A stretch of 59,493 bases of DNA from Macrostomum lignano (Eukaryota), in contig NIVC01004121.1 of NCBI GenBank assembly GCA_002269645.1, forward strand, positions 1 to 59,493, read 5' to 3'. Each line of letters opens with the position of its first letter. Position 1 is the first letter of the stretch. Below, piece by piece: positions 59,015 to 59,493 of the stretch. The notes under the pieces were generated by a model. That model was not told where the DNA came from and searched no databases. It worked only from the letters and a program-made list of their open reading frames with translations. The position numbers and the translations under genes are program-made.

Positions 59015-59250
59015 AACTACATATTGATGACATCATAGTATGGGGAAAGACTCGGGAAGAGCACGACCAAGCAGTCCGAAATCTTTTGGAGCAATGCAGA
59101 AAAAGAACCTGACTCTGAACAGGCAAAAGACAGCATTGGCAAAACTGAGCTTCGATTTCTTGGACACATACTAACTGACAAAGGTGTGAAAGTAGATCCA
59201 CAAAAAAGTAAACAGCATCAAAGAAATGCCGCACCCAAACAGTTTCGAAC
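59015..59250 (+). mobile_element. Degenerate Ty3/gypsy reverse-transcriptase fragment
   Basis: With frameshifts reads IDDIIVWGKTREEHDQAVRNLLEQCR-KNLTLN..K..IGKTELRFLGHILTDKGVKVDPQK...IKEMPHP, the YxDD-to-FLGH segment of LTR-retrotransposon RT. Confidence 0.88.
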
Positions 59251-59264
59251 GGGTCCATGAGAAT

Positions 59265-59493
59265 TGCCCGCAGACTAATGCCGCCGAGATTTGCCCGCAG
59301 GAGATTTGCCCGTGGAGATTTGCCGCGCCGAGCTTTTCCCCGCGCGGAGATTTGCCCGCAGTGCATTTTGCCGTGAGCGAATTGCCCGTGGAGATTTGCC
59401 GCCGAAAATTGCCGCCGAGATTTGCCCGCAGTGCCCACCAGCGAGCGAGCGAGTTGCCCTTAATTTGCCCGCGAGCGAGTTGCCCGCCGAGTT
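59265..59493. repeat. About 14-bp repeat cluster (GAGATTTGCCCGC), likely the subterminal repeats of a MITE; runs off the window
   Basis: Direct; begins right after the gypsy fragment. Confidence 0.75.

Overview
Repeat-dense animal (eukaryotic) genomic DNA with spliceosomal GT-AG introns. No CRISPR, rRNA or intact tRNA genes were seen. The style (a different minisatellite filling nearly every long intron, mini-introns of about 40-80 nt, Ala/Gln-rich GC-rich exons) suggests a flatworm such as Macrostomum; this is inference only. Plus-strand genes in the left half: 3' end of a coiled-coil/FN3 protein, PGAP3, a UQCC2/Cbp6-like ORF 60 nt upstream of METTL25, a small unknown ORF, and an unusual double-length cytosolic tyrosyl-tRNA synthetase (TyrRS-TyrRS-EMAPII, about 888 aa). 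Minus-strand genes in the right half: an unknown gene with a 22-nt micro-exon, a tandem cyclic-nucleotide-binding-domain protein, SNRNP27, and a Ulp1-type protease-PHD gene. Mobile DNA: a young internally deleted mariner inside a 6.6-kb 24-bp array, a fold-back Tc1/mariner-type MITE, two tandem Helitron-like non-autonomous elements, SINE remnants and a Ty3/gypsy RT relic. Best lead: the TyrRS looks like a single-chain pseudo-dimer in which unit 1 keeps the catalytic motifs and unit 2 keeps the anticodon-binding motifs. Most long ORFs in the supplied track are repeat artefacts. Several genes need one extra base at a homopolymer, most likely assembly errors. All exon models and alignments were made by eye.
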